A DNA stretch of 64,000 nucleotides, from NCBI GenBank assembly GCA_944389585.1, contig CALXMW010000001.1:7748-71747 (forward strand). Reading direction: 5' to 3'. The position numbers and the translations under genes were made by a program. Every line of letters begins with the position of its first letter. The stretch's first letter is position 1. This DNA is from an uncultured Kiritimatiellota bacterium (lineage in GTDB: Bacteria; Verrucomicrobiota; Kiritimatiellia; RFP12; DVOR01). The notes below the pieces were generated by a model. It was not told the origin of the DNA and did not search any database. It was given only the letters and a program-made list of their open reading frames with translations. Shown in pieces: positions 1-9,192 of this stretch.

Positions 1-866
1 AGGGCATCGCCGCCGAACTCGTGGGCCAGGAAGTCTGCCTCGCCGGCAAGATGTACGACCAAGGGCAAATCGACGCGCTGGGCAAAAAGGTGCAGGCCTT
101 CCTGGCCGACTTCCCGGGGCTCACCGTGAACACCGGCGCCATGCGCGTCTACAAGCAGAAGATTCTCATCGGCATCGAGTTCCTCTCCTATGACAGCACG
201 TTGGCGCGGAACCTGGGCGTGGAGATTTCAGACTCCATCGGCGCGGACTTCGACCTCACCTACACCCTCCACGACAACCTCTCCGGCACCATTGGCAACA
301 GCGACGGCCTCTCCGCCCGAATCAACACCCTCAAGCAGAACGAGGTCGCCAAGCAACTCTACGCCACCACTCTCTCCACCCAGAGCGGCGAGCCCGCCGA
401 GTTCCAGTCCGGCGGCACCCTCTACAAGGAGACCAGCGACCTCTACAAGACCGGCATCACCGAGATTGAGTACGGCTACATCATCAAGGCCCGCCCCACC
501 ATCCTCGACGGCGACACCGTCAACCTCGAGTTCGACCTTGACCTCCGCACCCCCATCAACGACAGTTCCACCGGCGACACTGACGTCTCCCGCTACCAGA
601 CCAAGAGCAAGTACATCGTCCGCCCCGGCGAGAGCATCCTCCTTTCCGGCTTCAACCACTGGACCGAGGGCGGTTCCAAGCGCGGTCTGCCCTTCTTCAG
701 CCGCATCCCCCTCATCGGCCCCCTCTTCGGCAGCGAGGGCCAGGACAACTCCTCGCGCGAGATCCTCCTCGTCGTCACCGTCGACTGGGCCGTCGAGGAC
801 ACCGAGGGCGTCCGCGCCAAGGCCGACGAACTGCGTGCGCGCCCCGTGGAAGTCCCCATGCCGTGA
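1..866 (+). CDS. cpaC: Flp/Tad pilus secretin (CpaC/RcpA-like), 5'-truncated at window edge
   Basis: Frame stays open to window start; C-terminal secretin signature (...SRIPLIGPLFGS...); immediately upstream of cpaF-tadB-tadC. Confidence 0.8.
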   Translation, partial: GIAAELVGQEVCLAGKMYDQGQIDALGKKVQAFLADFPGLTVNTGAMRVYKQKILIGIEFLSYDSTLARNLGVEISDSIGADFDLTYTLHDNLSGTIGNSDGLSARINTLKQNEVAKQLYATTLSTQSGEPAEFQSGGTLYKETSDLYKTGITEIEYGYIIKARPTILDGDTVNLEFDLDLRTPINDSSTGDTDVSRYQTKSKYIVRPGESILLSGFNHWTEGGSKRGLPFFSRIPLIGPLFGSEGQDNSSREILLVVTVDWAVEDTEGVRAKADELRARPVEVPMP

Positions 867-876
867 GGAGCGCCCC

Positions 877-2484
877 ATGAACCCTCTCGCCCTCTATCGC
901 GACGGCAAACGCATCGCCACCCTCAAGCCCTCCGGCAAGCCCGGCGAGTGCTTCTACCTCGGCAGCGCCCCGGCCTGCGACGTCGTCGTCGCGGACGCCG
1001 CCTTCGGCCTGGCCGACCGCCAACTCCGCCTGACCCCGGGCGGCAGCCTCTGGTGGGCCGAGGAACTCACCGGCGACGGCTCCCTCGAATCCGACGGCCG
1101 CCGCGCCGCCAAGCTCCCCATCGCCGGCCGCGTCGCCCTCTCCGTCCGCGGCTTCGCCTTTGAGGCCGAATGCGGCACGGCCACCGCCCGCGTCGGCCGA
1201 CGCGACCTCGCCCGCGACTGGCTCTACGAACGTGCACTCTTCCGCCTCTCCCAAGAAATCGGTGGCGCCGAGACCGTCGCCGATGCCGAGCTCGATCGAC
1301 GCGTCACAGACTTCCTCGACGAAACCATCCGCGAACGTCCCCCGCAGCTCGCCGGCCTCCCCGCGGAGACCCTCGACGCGCTCCGTGCCGAAACGGTGGA
1401 AGACATGCTCCGCCTGGGCCCCCTTGAGCCCCTCATCGCCGATGACTCCATCACCGAAATCATGGTCATCGACTATCGGCGCATCTACGTCGAGCGCGCC
1501 GGCAAGCTCACCCTCACCGAACGCCACTTCCGCGACCCGGAGCACCTCATCCGCGTCATCGAGCGCATCGTCACCCCCATCGGCCGCCGCATCGACGAAT
1601 CCTCCCCCCTCGTCGACGCCCGCCTGGCCGACGGCTCGCGCGTCAACGCCGTCATCCCCCCCATCACCCCGGACGGCGCCTGCCTCACCATCCGCAAGTT
1701 CGGCAAATCCCTCTTCACCCTCGACAAACTCATCTCCATCGGCTCGCTCACCCCGCCCATGGCCCGCTTCATCGAGGCCTCCGTCACCCTCCGCAAGAAC
1801 ATCGTCGTCTCCGGCGGCACCGGCTCGGGCAAAACCTCCCTCCTCAACGCCATCTCCCTCTGCATCGGCGGCGGCGAGCGCATCGTCACCATCGAGGACT
1901 CCCTCGAGCTCAAGCTCCAGCAAGACCACGTGGTGCGCATGGAGGCCCGCCCCGCCAACGCCGAAGGCAAGGGCGCCGTCCCCATCCGCGCACTCGTCGC
2001 CAACTCCCTGCGCATGCGCCCCGACCGCATCGTCGTGGGCGAATGCCGCGGCGGCGAAGCCCTCGACATGCTCCAGGCCATGAACACCGGCCACGACGGC
2101 TCCCTCACCACCGTCCACGCCAACAGCCCCCGCGACACCGTCGCACGCCTCGAGACCCTCTGCCTCATGGCCGGCATGGACCTCCCCCTCTCGGCCATCC
2201 GCGCACAGATCGTCTCCGCCGTCGACCTCATCGTCCAAACCGCCCGCCTCTCCGACGGCTCCCGCAAGGTCACCGCCGTCACCGAGGTCCTCGGCTTGGA
2301 CGACCGTGGCCAGCCCCGCCTCCGCGACCTCTTCGTCTTCCGGCAGACCGGCGTCGACCCCAAGACCCGCAAGGTCCTCGGCGAGCACGTCGCAGTCGGC
2401 CGCCCCACCTTCCTCGGCGACTTCGCCCTCCGCGGCGTCCCCCTCGACGCCGCCATCTTCGACGGGGTGCCCGATGAACCCTGA
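877..2484 (+). CDS. cpaF: Tad/Flp pilus assembly ATPase CpaF/TadA with N-terminal FHA-like domain
   Basis: 535 aa from ATG 877 inside long ORF 190..2484; N-terminal FHA-like segment (GECFYLGSAPACDVVV...); Walker A GGTGSGKTS; T2SS/T4SS secretion ATPase core. Confidence 0.9.
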   Translation: MNPLALYRDGKRIATLKPSGKPGECFYLGSAPACDVVVADAAFGLADRQLRLTPGGSLWWAEELTGDGSLESDGRRAAKLPIAGRVALSVRGFAFEAECGTATARVGRRDLARDWLYERALFRLSQEIGGAETVADAELDRRVTDFLDETIRERPPQLAGLPAETLDALRAETVEDMLRLGPLEPLIADDSITEIMVIDYRRIYVERAGKLTLTERHFRDPEHLIRVIERIVTPIGRRIDESSPLVDARLADGSRVNAVIPPITPDGACLTIRKFGKSLFTLDKLISIGSLTPPMARFIEASVTLRKNIVVSGGTGSGKTSLLNAISLCIGGGERIVTIEDSLELKLQQDHVVRMEARPANAEGKGAVPIRALVANSLRMRPDRIVVGECRGGEALDMLQAMNTGHDGSLTTVHANSPRDTVARLETLCLMAGMDLPLSAIRAQIVSAVDLIVQTARLSDGSRKVTAVTEVLGLDDRGQPRLRDLFVFRQTGVDPKTRKVLGEHVAVGRPTFLGDFALRGVPLDAAIFDGVPDEP

Positions 2485-3337
2485 CCTCCTTGTGGCCTAT
2501 GCCTGCGCCCTCGCCGCCGCACTCCTCGTCGGCCTGGCCGTCCGTGCACTCCTCGCCGCCCGCGCTCGTGCCGTCGCGGCCCGGGAGGACGAACTCGCCG
2601 CACGCGCCGCCGCGGCCGAGGAGCTCCCCGTCCAGGCCGTCCGCCAAGGCGTCGCCGTCGGCGCCATCGCGGTCTTCCTCTTCGGTGCCGTCCTCATGGC
2701 CGGCAAGCCCGGCGCCCTCCTCGTCTTCCTGATCCTCTGCGTCGCCGCGGCCCTGGCCCTGCCCCGCCTCATCCTCGCCCGCCTGGCCCGCCGCCGCCAA
2801 GACCGCCTCCGCGCCGAACTCCCCGATGCGCTGGACATGCTGGCCAACTCCATCCGCGCCGGCCTCACCCTCCCCCAAGCCCTCGCCCGCAACCTCCGCC
2901 GCTTCCCCGCACGCATCGGCGCCGAGTTCGCCCGCATCCTCTGCGACACCCGCCTGGGCTACTCCATCGGCACGGCCTTCGACAACTTCGGCGAACGCCT
3001 CCCCATCCCCGAGGTCCGCATGGTCGTCATCGCCTCCAAAATCGGCGTCTCCCACGGCGGCAACCTCGCCGAGAGCTACGCCATGCTCTCCGCCCTCGTC
3101 CGCGACAACCTCGCCTTCGAGGAGGAACTCCGCGCCATGACCACCGAAGGCCGCATGCAGGCCCTCGTCATGAGCTCCCTCCCCTTCGCCCTCCTGGCCA
3201 TCCTCTTCCTCGTCCGCCGCGAAATCGTCCTCCCCCTCTTCCAGACCGGCGCCGGCCTCGTGACCCTTCTGGCGATGACGGCCATGCAGGCCCTCGCCTA
3301 CGTCTGGATCCGCAAAATCGTGGAGGTGCGCGTATGA
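2474..3337 (+). CDS. tadB: Tad pilus inner-membrane platform protein TadB (T2SS-F domain)
   Basis: 287 aa polytopic membrane protein; ATG 2474 overlaps cpaF 3' end; gene order cpaF-tadB-tadC. Confidence 0.8.
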   Translation: MNPDLLVAYACALAAALLVGLAVRALLAARARAVAAREDELAARAAAAEELPVQAVRQGVAVGAIAVFLFGAVLMAGKPGALLVFLILCVAAALALPRLILARLARRRQDRLRAELPDALDMLANSIRAGLTLPQALARNLRRFPARIGAEFARILCDTRLGYSIGTAFDNFGERLPIPEVRMVVIASKIGVSHGGNLAESYAMLSALVRDNLAFEEELRAMTTEGRMQALVMSSLPFALLAILFLVRREIVLPLFQTGAGLVTLLAMTAMQALAYVWIRKIVEVRV

Positions 3338-4224
3338 GCCCCGATTTCCTCCTCGGCCTCCTCGCCGCCGGCGCCGCCGCCGCGCTCCTGGCCTACGTCG
3401 CCGTCCGCGCCCTCCTCCGGGCCCACGCCGGCATCGCCCACGACGCCGCCGACCGCCCCATCCTCAACCAACTCCTCGCCTGCTTCGCCGGCATCGTCGA
3501 GCGCCGCCGCGGCCGCGACGCCGCCCTCGACGCGCGCCTCACCGAGCTCGAGTCCCTCGTCCGCCAATCCGGAGGCGCCTTCCTCGGCGGCGCCACGGCC
3601 GCGGAAATCTTCGTCGCCCGCTGGGTCTTCCCCGTCCTCTCCACGCTCGTCCTGTCCATCGTCCTGCCGCTCCTGCGCGTCCACCCGGGCCTCGTCTTTC
3701 TGGCAATCGTCCTCTTCGCCATGATGCTCTGGAAATGGCCCGAGAGCGGCCTGCGCGACCTCGCCGCCAAGCGCGCTCGCGCCTTCGTCCGCCAGCTCCC
3801 CGGTGCCCTCGATGTCATGCGCCTGATTAGCCAGTCTGGCGGCGACCTCTTCTCAGGCATCGTCGCCGTCACCCAAGTCACCGAGCCCGGCCCCGTCCGC
3901 GAGGAACTCATCCTCCTGCGCAACGAAGTCGCCTTCGGCGCCTCCCTCCCCGCCGCCCTCAACCACGTCGCCGAGCGCGTCGGCACGCCCGAGGCCACCG
4001 CCGTCTTCACCACCCTCGCCCAGGCCATCGAGATGGGCACCTCCGTCTCCGAGAACCTCCGCTCCGCCTCCGAGCTCATCCGCCGCCAGGCCCGCAGCCG
4101 CGCCCAGGAGCGCGCCCAGAAGGCCGTCGTCAACATGTCCTTCCCCCTCCTCCTGCTCATCCTCCCGGGCGTCTTCATCGTCCTCCTCGCCCCCCTCGTC
4201 ATCCAGTTCCTCGCCTCCCGATAG
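3334..4224 (+). CDS. tadC: Tad pilus inner-membrane platform protein TadC (T2SS-F domain)
   Basis: 296 aa; 4-nt ATGA overlap with tadB; hydrophobic N- and C-terminal helices typical of TadC. Confidence 0.8.
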   Translation: MSPDFLLGLLAAGAAAALLAYVAVRALLRAHAGIAHDAADRPILNQLLACFAGIVERRRGRDAALDARLTELESLVRQSGGAFLGGATAAEIFVARWVFPVLSTLVLSIVLPLLRVHPGLVFLAIVLFAMMLWKWPESGLRDLAAKRARAFVRQLPGALDVMRLISQSGGDLFSGIVAVTQVTEPGPVREELILLRNEVAFGASLPAALNHVAERVGTPEATAVFTTLAQAIEMGTSVSENLRSASELIRRQARSRAQERAQKAVVNMSFPLLLLILPGVFIVLLAPLVIQFLASR

Positions 4225-4233
4225 GAGCCCGCC

Positions 4234-5280
4234 ATGGCCAAGCCCGACCGCCCGACCCTCCCCTTCACCCTCCACGGCCAACGCCGCCTCATCGCCGGCG
4301 CCCTCCTCGTCGCGGCCTTCCTCCTCGCCCTTCTGATCTATCTCCAGTGGGGCCGCGTCCGTGACCTCCGCGCCGAGCTCGCCCGCCCCCTCCCCTACAC
4401 GCTCGTCGACGACCGCCTCACCGTCTCACCCGCCCCCGCTTGGGGTGCCTACGCCGCCATCGGCGGCGACCGCCCCACCCGCCTCCTCATCTTCCGCGAA
4501 CACCCCGATGGCTCCGGCGCACTCGCCGTCCTCCAGACCACGCGCGCCCCCGCCCTCGCCGCACGCGCCCTCGACCTCTCCCCCGCCGTCCTCGCCACCA
4601 AGCTCACCGCCTCGCACACCGCCGCCATTGGCCGCACCCAGCCCGTCCGCCTCCTCGGCGTCGAGACCCGCCCCCACGCCTCCGGCACCGTCGCCGCACA
4701 CTTCTTCTTCGATGCAGAGGACGACCACGGCGAGGGCATCCTCTTCTACGCCGACGACGTGGAATACCTCTTCTGGGGCCACCGCGGCGGCGAGCATTCC
4801 CCCGCCCTCGCACCCTTCTTCGCCGCCGTCGGCGGCGCCGTCACCCTCCCCGAGGGCCTTCGCGACACCTTCGACCGCCCCATCATCGACTCCAACACCT
4901 TCACCTTCGCCCAAGCCCGCGCCATCGCAGAGGAGGCCGAGCGCGAACGCGCCGCCGCCCGCACCGCCGCCGACCGCGCCGACCTCGTCCCGGCACTCGA
5001 CCACTACCGCAAGGCCCTCCGCCTCCTCGCCTCCATCCGCGAGGAAGACCTCCTCCTCGCCTCCCCCGAGACCGACCGCTTCCAAGCCCTCGCCGAAGAC
5101 CGCCGCAGTCAACTCGACGGCTGGTTCGCCCGCCTCGACCGCGCCCTCGGCATGGGCGACACCGAGGCCGCCCGCACACAGGCCGCCTTCATCCGCGACA
5201 ACGCCACCCTCGAGGGCGAGGCCCCCGACCGCCTCCGCGCCGAGGCCGTCCTCCGCGCCCTCCCCGCGCCCAAACAATAA
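4234..5280 (+). CDS. hypothetical membrane-anchored protein (Tad-operon associated)
   Basis: 348 aa; one N-terminal TM helix (LIAGALLVAAFLLALLIYL) then soluble domain with helical, TPR-like C-terminus; starts 10 nt after tadC. Confidence 0.55.
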   Translation: MAKPDRPTLPFTLHGQRRLIAGALLVAAFLLALLIYLQWGRVRDLRAELARPLPYTLVDDRLTVSPAPAWGAYAAIGGDRPTRLLIFREHPDGSGALAVLQTTRAPALAARALDLSPAVLATKLTASHTAAIGRTQPVRLLGVETRPHASGTVAAHFFFDAEDDHGEGILFYADDVEYLFWGHRGGEHSPALAPFFAAVGGAVTLPEGLRDTFDRPIIDSNTFTFAQARAIAEEAERERAAARTAADRADLVPALDHYRKALRLLASIREEDLLLASPETDRFQALAEDRRSQLDGWFARLDRALGMGDTEAARTQAAFIRDNATLEGEAPDRLRAEAVLRALPAPKQ

Positions 5281-5291
5281 GGAGACACCCC

Positions 5292-7097
5292 ATGGAACTC
5301 CTCCACCTTCACCGCGCGGACGGCGCCCTCATCAAGACCTTCGACCTCGCCGCACTCCCCCGCCGCCCCCTCACCCTCGGGGCCAACCCCGCCGCCGACC
5401 TCCCCCTCCCCGAAGGCCCCGCCACCCTCGCTGCCCTCCTCCGCGACGAGGACGGCTGGCTCCTCGCACCCGCCGACCCCGCACTCCCCGAAACGCGCCT
5501 TCTTCCCGGCGAGCCCGCCGCACTCGGCCCCTTCCGCTTCCGCATCGAACGCGACGCCGTCCAAGCCCGCGCCACCCTCCTCTGGCGCGACGGCCGCGGC
5601 AAGACCGTCCACGCCGCGCCCCTCGCCGACGGACGCAACGCCCTCGCCTGGCTCCCCGACCATTCCGCGCCGGCCCTCAACCCACCCATCCCCGGGGACA
5701 AAATCTGCGACCTCTTCCTCGAGGGCGACACCCTCACCCTCATCGCCGGCGACGCCGAAGGGTCCGCCGACCGCCTCGCCTTCGCCCTCGGCGACCGCTT
5801 CGCCATCGGTTCCCTCCAAGGCCTCGCCCTCCCCACCCCCTTGGCCGAGCGCGCGCTGAGAACCCGCAATCCCCTCGCTTGGCCAGACCGCCGCATCCGC
5901 CTCCTCCTGCGCGTCGCCGCCGTTGTCGGCCTCATCCTCGGCCTCATCCTCCTCGCCTTGGCCCGACAGGCCAACGCCCTCCGCGCCGAACGCGACGCCC
6001 GCCTCCCCGCCGTCGTCGCCCTCCCCGCGCCCGAGCTGCCCGCCGACGCCGACCCCCTCACCCGCGATGCCGTCATCGCCTACGGCCAGCTCTTCCACGC
6101 CTGCCTCCCCGGCCTCCTCGACTCCCCCGAGGCCGCCGCCTCCGGAGACCTCCTCGCACGCCGCGCCGAAGAGCTCCTCAACGGGCTCCCAAAAGACGCC
6201 CCCGACCGAATCCCCCTCGCCCGCAAATGGGCCTTCCTCAAAAATCTCGCCGACCTCAAGCGTGCCGTCGCCGACGGCGACTGGCCCAGGCTCGGCCCCT
6301 CCCTCGACGCGCTGGACGCCGACGTCCTCGCCTACTACGACGCCGACCGCCTCCTCGCCGACGCCCACGCCCTGGACCGCTACTTCAACCAAGCCTACCC
6401 CGAGGCCTGCCGCGACCTCTGCCGGGGCGGCGCGCCCGCCTCCGTCGAACCCCGCCGCCAAACCCTCCGCGACAATCGCTTCCGCGGCCTCCCCATCGTC
6501 GCCAAACGCCTTGACGCGCTCGACCGCCACTGGGCCGCACTCCTCGCCTGGCACGACGCGGACCAAGCCTTCGGCGGCAGTGCCGCCGGTGCGGACGCCC
6601 TCGACGCCTGCGACGCCAAGGGCATCCTTCGCGAGGCCCTCTATGACCTCGAAGACGCCACCGACGCCTTGGAAGACCCCGCCCTGGACGCGCTCCTCCG
6701 CCATGTGCGCGACACCCTCTCCGGCAGGGTCGAAGCCCGCATCGCCGCCCGTTGCGGCGAAGGCGACGCCCTCCTCGCGCCCAACATCGCCACCCCGGGA
6801 GAGCTCCGCGCCCTTGCCCGCCTGGCCCGCGCCCTCGGCACGCCCCGCGCCCAGGCCGCCGCCCAACGCGCTCAGGCCCGCGCCGACGCCATCGTCGCCG
6901 ACTACGAGCGCCGCTGCCGAGCCCTCATCGTCGACTACCGCCTCAAGCGCCTCGCCGGCGACGCCCCCGCCGCAGACGCCATCCTCGCCCAAATCCTCGC
7001 CCTCGGCCCCGCAGACAGCCCCTTCTGGGCCTGGGCCCAGCGCGAACAGGCCCGCGCCGCCAAACCGGGCGTGCCCCAACCGGAGGACCTCCCATGA
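5292..7097 (+). CDS. hypothetical protein, degenerate FHA-like N-terminus + single TM + long helical domain
   Basis: 601 aa; ATG 5292 with RBS ggagacacc inside ORF 4440..7097; TM RIRLLLRVAAVVGLILGLILLAL; Ala/Leu/Asp-rich C-terminus. Confidence 0.55.
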   Translation: MELLHLHRADGALIKTFDLAALPRRPLTLGANPAADLPLPEGPATLAALLRDEDGWLLAPADPALPETRLLPGEPAALGPFRFRIERDAVQARATLLWRDGRGKTVHAAPLADGRNALAWLPDHSAPALNPPIPGDKICDLFLEGDTLTLIAGDAEGSADRLAFALGDRFAIGSLQGLALPTPLAERALRTRNPLAWPDRRIRLLLRVAAVVGLILGLILLALARQANALRAERDARLPAVVALPAPELPADADPLTRDAVIAYGQLFHACLPGLLDSPEAAASGDLLARRAEELLNGLPKDAPDRIPLARKWAFLKNLADLKRAVADGDWPRLGPSLDALDADVLAYYDADRLLADAHALDRYFNQAYPEACRDLCRGGAPASVEPRRQTLRDNRFRGLPIVAKRLDALDRHWAALLAWHDADQAFGGSAAGADALDACDAKGILREALYDLEDATDALEDPALDALLRHVRDTLSGRVEARIAARCGEGDALLAPNIATPGELRALARLARALGTPRAQAAAQRAQARADAIVADYERRCRALIVDYRLKRLAGDAPAADAILAQILALGPADSPFWAWAQREQARAAKPGVPQPEDLP

Positions 7098-7936
7098 TCC
7101 GCAAACTCTGCTATCTCCTCTTCGGCATCCTTGTCGCACTCTGCGCCCTCAAGGCCATCACCGCCGCCAAGGCCCGCCGCGCCAGCACCCCGGCACCCGT
7201 GCCCCCCAGCGCGGAGGAGACCGCCACGCCCCTCGCCGGCAATGCCCTCCACATCCACTACCAGCCCTGGCAGCCCTACGCCGGCCACGACCCCATCTCC
7301 GGCCGCGACGGCTACTGCCTCGACGTCATCCACCGCATCTTCCCCCAAGCCACCCTCGCCTACGACGAACACCCCACCGACGCCCAGCTCATCGCGCACG
7401 TCGCCGACTCCCCTGAATGCGCCCTCGTCACCCTCGGCCGCCACCCCGACCTCCAAGGCTTCCCCCAGTCCAAGACCCCCATCGCCCACTACACCATCAC
7501 CGTCATCTCCCCGCGCAAAAACCCCTGGCGCTACACCAGCCCAGAGTCCCTCGAAAGCATCCGCCTCGCCTACTCCCGCACCTACCTCGACGCCCCCCTC
7601 GTCGCCGAGCACTGGGCCCGCCACAAAGACGACCCCAAGCGCGCCCTCCTCCTCCCCGACGACACCTCCGCCGACGACTGGCTCCCCCGCGCACTCGCCG
7701 GAGACTGCGACGCCATCGTCCTCACCCTCGCCGCCGCCCGCTGGGATGCCGACAACACCAACCTCGTCCTCCGCGACGACTTCCGCGATGCCGGCCCCAT
7801 CCAGCAAGTCCCCCTCTTCCTCACCCTCTCCCCCAAGAACCCCAACGCCCCCGCCATCCTCGAAGAATTCGAGCAAGGCATGGCCCGCCTCCGCGCCGAC
7901 GGCACCCTCGACCGCCTCCACGCACTCTACTTCTAA
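7094..7936 (+). CDS. periplasmic substrate-binding-like protein (type-2 PBP fold, family-3 SBP-like)
   Basis: 280 aa; ATGA overlap with upstream gene; N-terminal signal/anchor (LCYLLFGILVALCAL); no ABC permease or ATPase partner nearby. Confidence 0.6.
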   Translation: MIRKLCYLLFGILVALCALKAITAAKARRASTPAPVPPSAEETATPLAGNALHIHYQPWQPYAGHDPISGRDGYCLDVIHRIFPQATLAYDEHPTDAQLIAHVADSPECALVTLGRHPDLQGFPQSKTPIAHYTITVISPRKNPWRYTSPESLESIRLAYSRTYLDAPLVAEHWARHKDDPKRALLLPDDTSADDWLPRALAGDCDAIVLTLAAARWDADNTNLVLRDDFRDAGPIQQVPLFLTLSPKNPNAPAILEEFEQGMARLRADGTLDRLHALYF

Positions 7937-7962
7937 GCGGCGCGCCTGCGCTCCGGAGAGAC

Positions 7963-8086
7963 CCCATAAGGGTCCGCCGCCAACCCTTATAAGGGTTGGC
8001 CTCGGCCCCTTATAAGGTCTCGACCCCAACCCTTATAAGGTCTCACGCCGGACCCTCCAAGGGTGCAGGACGGCCCCCTTAGGGGA
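7963..8086. repeat. tandem array of six ~23-bp units each centred on a CCTTATAAGG-type palindrome
   Basis: Cores at 7963, 7984 (perfect 12-mer CCCTTATAAGGG), 8007, 8030, 8053 (CCTCCAAGGG), 8075 (CCCTTAGGGG); period 21-23 bp; between SBP-like gene stop and moxR promoter. Confidence 0.8.
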
Positions 8087-8107
8087 AATCCGGCAGACAG
8101 GGCACGT

Positions 8108-8123
8108 GGGATTGAAGTATAAT
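8108..8123 (+). promoter_or_regulatory. candidate promoter of moxR (GGGATTGAAGTATAAT, -10 TATAAT 8118-8123)
   Basis: Consensus TATAAT about 27 nt before ATG 8150; variant of the recurring GGAwT..G.TAnnnT motif. Confidence 0.45.
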
Positions 8124-8149
8124 GGTGACGTTGAACGAAAGGACATGCC

Positions 8150-9136
8150 ATGGCTGAGAATGACGAGACGATTGCGCGGTGCGCGCCGTTGCTGGCGGCA
8201 ATCCGCGGCGAGGTGGGCAAGGCGTTGGTGGGGCAGGAGCGGATGATGGACGCGCTGCTCATCGCGTTGATGACGGGCGGGCATATCCTGCTGGAGGGCG
8301 TGCCGGGTTTGGCGAAGACGACGGCGGTGCGGGCGCTCGCGGCGGCGTTGGGGTTGGAAACCAGGCGGATTTCCTTCACGCCGGATCTGTTGCCGGCGGA
8401 CGTGGTGGGCAGCCTGGTCTACAACCAGAAGGAGGGAACGTTCACGCCGCACAAAGGGCCAGTCTTCGCGAACCTGCTCATCGCCGACGAGATCAACCGC
8501 GCGCCGGCAAAGGTGCAGTCGGCCCTCCTCGAGGCGATGCAGGAGCGCCAGGTGACGCTCGGCGACGAGAGTTACCCCTTGCCGCGCCCCTTCCTGGTGA
8601 TGGCCACGCAGAACCCCATCGAGCAGGAGGGCACCTATCCCTTGCCCGAGGCGCAGACCGACCGCTTCATGCTCAAGTGCGTGGTGCGCCATCCCGGCCG
8701 AGAGGACGAGCGGCGCATCATGAACCGCCTCACCCAGCCCGCGGCCCTGGCCGCCACGCCCAAACAATGCGTCTCGCGCGAGGACATCGACCTGCTGCTC
8801 TCCGCCGCCGAGAAGGTCTATTGCGACGCGAAGGTGGACGATTACATCCTTGACCTCGTCTTCGCCACGCGCGACCCCGCCGCCTTCAAGGGCCTGGAAG
8901 GCCTCAAAGACGCCATCCAGCTGGGCGTCTCGCCGCGCGGCTCCATCTGCCTGAAGCAGGCCGCCCGCGCCAACGCCCTCCTGCGCGGCCGCGCCTACGC
9001 CACCCCGCAGGACGTGAAAGAGACGGCCCACGACGTGCTGCGCCACCGCCTCCTGCTCACCTACGAGGCCGAGGCCGAGGCGCTCACCCCGGACGCCGTC
9101 ATCGACCGCCTCCTCGCCGAAATCCCCGTCCCGTGA
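8150..9136 (+). CDS. moxR: MoxR-family AAA+ ATPase
   Basis: 328 aa; Walker A GVPGLAKTT, Walker B LLIADEINRA, MoxR/RavA-like layout. Confidence 0.9.
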   Translation: MAENDETIARCAPLLAAIRGEVGKALVGQERMMDALLIALMTGGHILLEGVPGLAKTTAVRALAAALGLETRRISFTPDLLPADVVGSLVYNQKEGTFTPHKGPVFANLLIADEINRAPAKVQSALLEAMQERQVTLGDESYPLPRPFLVMATQNPIEQEGTYPLPEAQTDRFMLKCVVRHPGREDERRIMNRLTQPAALAATPKQCVSREDIDLLLSAAEKVYCDAKVDDYILDLVFATRDPAAFKGLEGLKDAIQLGVSPRGSICLKQAARANALLRGRAYATPQDVKETAHDVLRHRLLLTYEAEAEALTPDAVIDRLLAEIPVP

Positions 9137-9192
9137 CCGGCAGGCCGCCCCGGCCACCGGGCGGCACCGCTCCGCGCAAGACAAGGAGAGGC

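Noticed and set aside
7963-8086. Possible CRISPR array
   Set aside because: The units are contiguous ~23-bp repeats with palindromic cores and no unique spacers. There are no cas genes in the window.
7131-8379. ORFs 7131..8015(+), 7417..7992(+) and 7987..8379(-) crossing the palindrome array
   Set aside because: They are generated by the tandem repeats (recurring TLIRVG/YKGP peptides) and by an alternative frame of the SBP-like gene. There is no coding signal.
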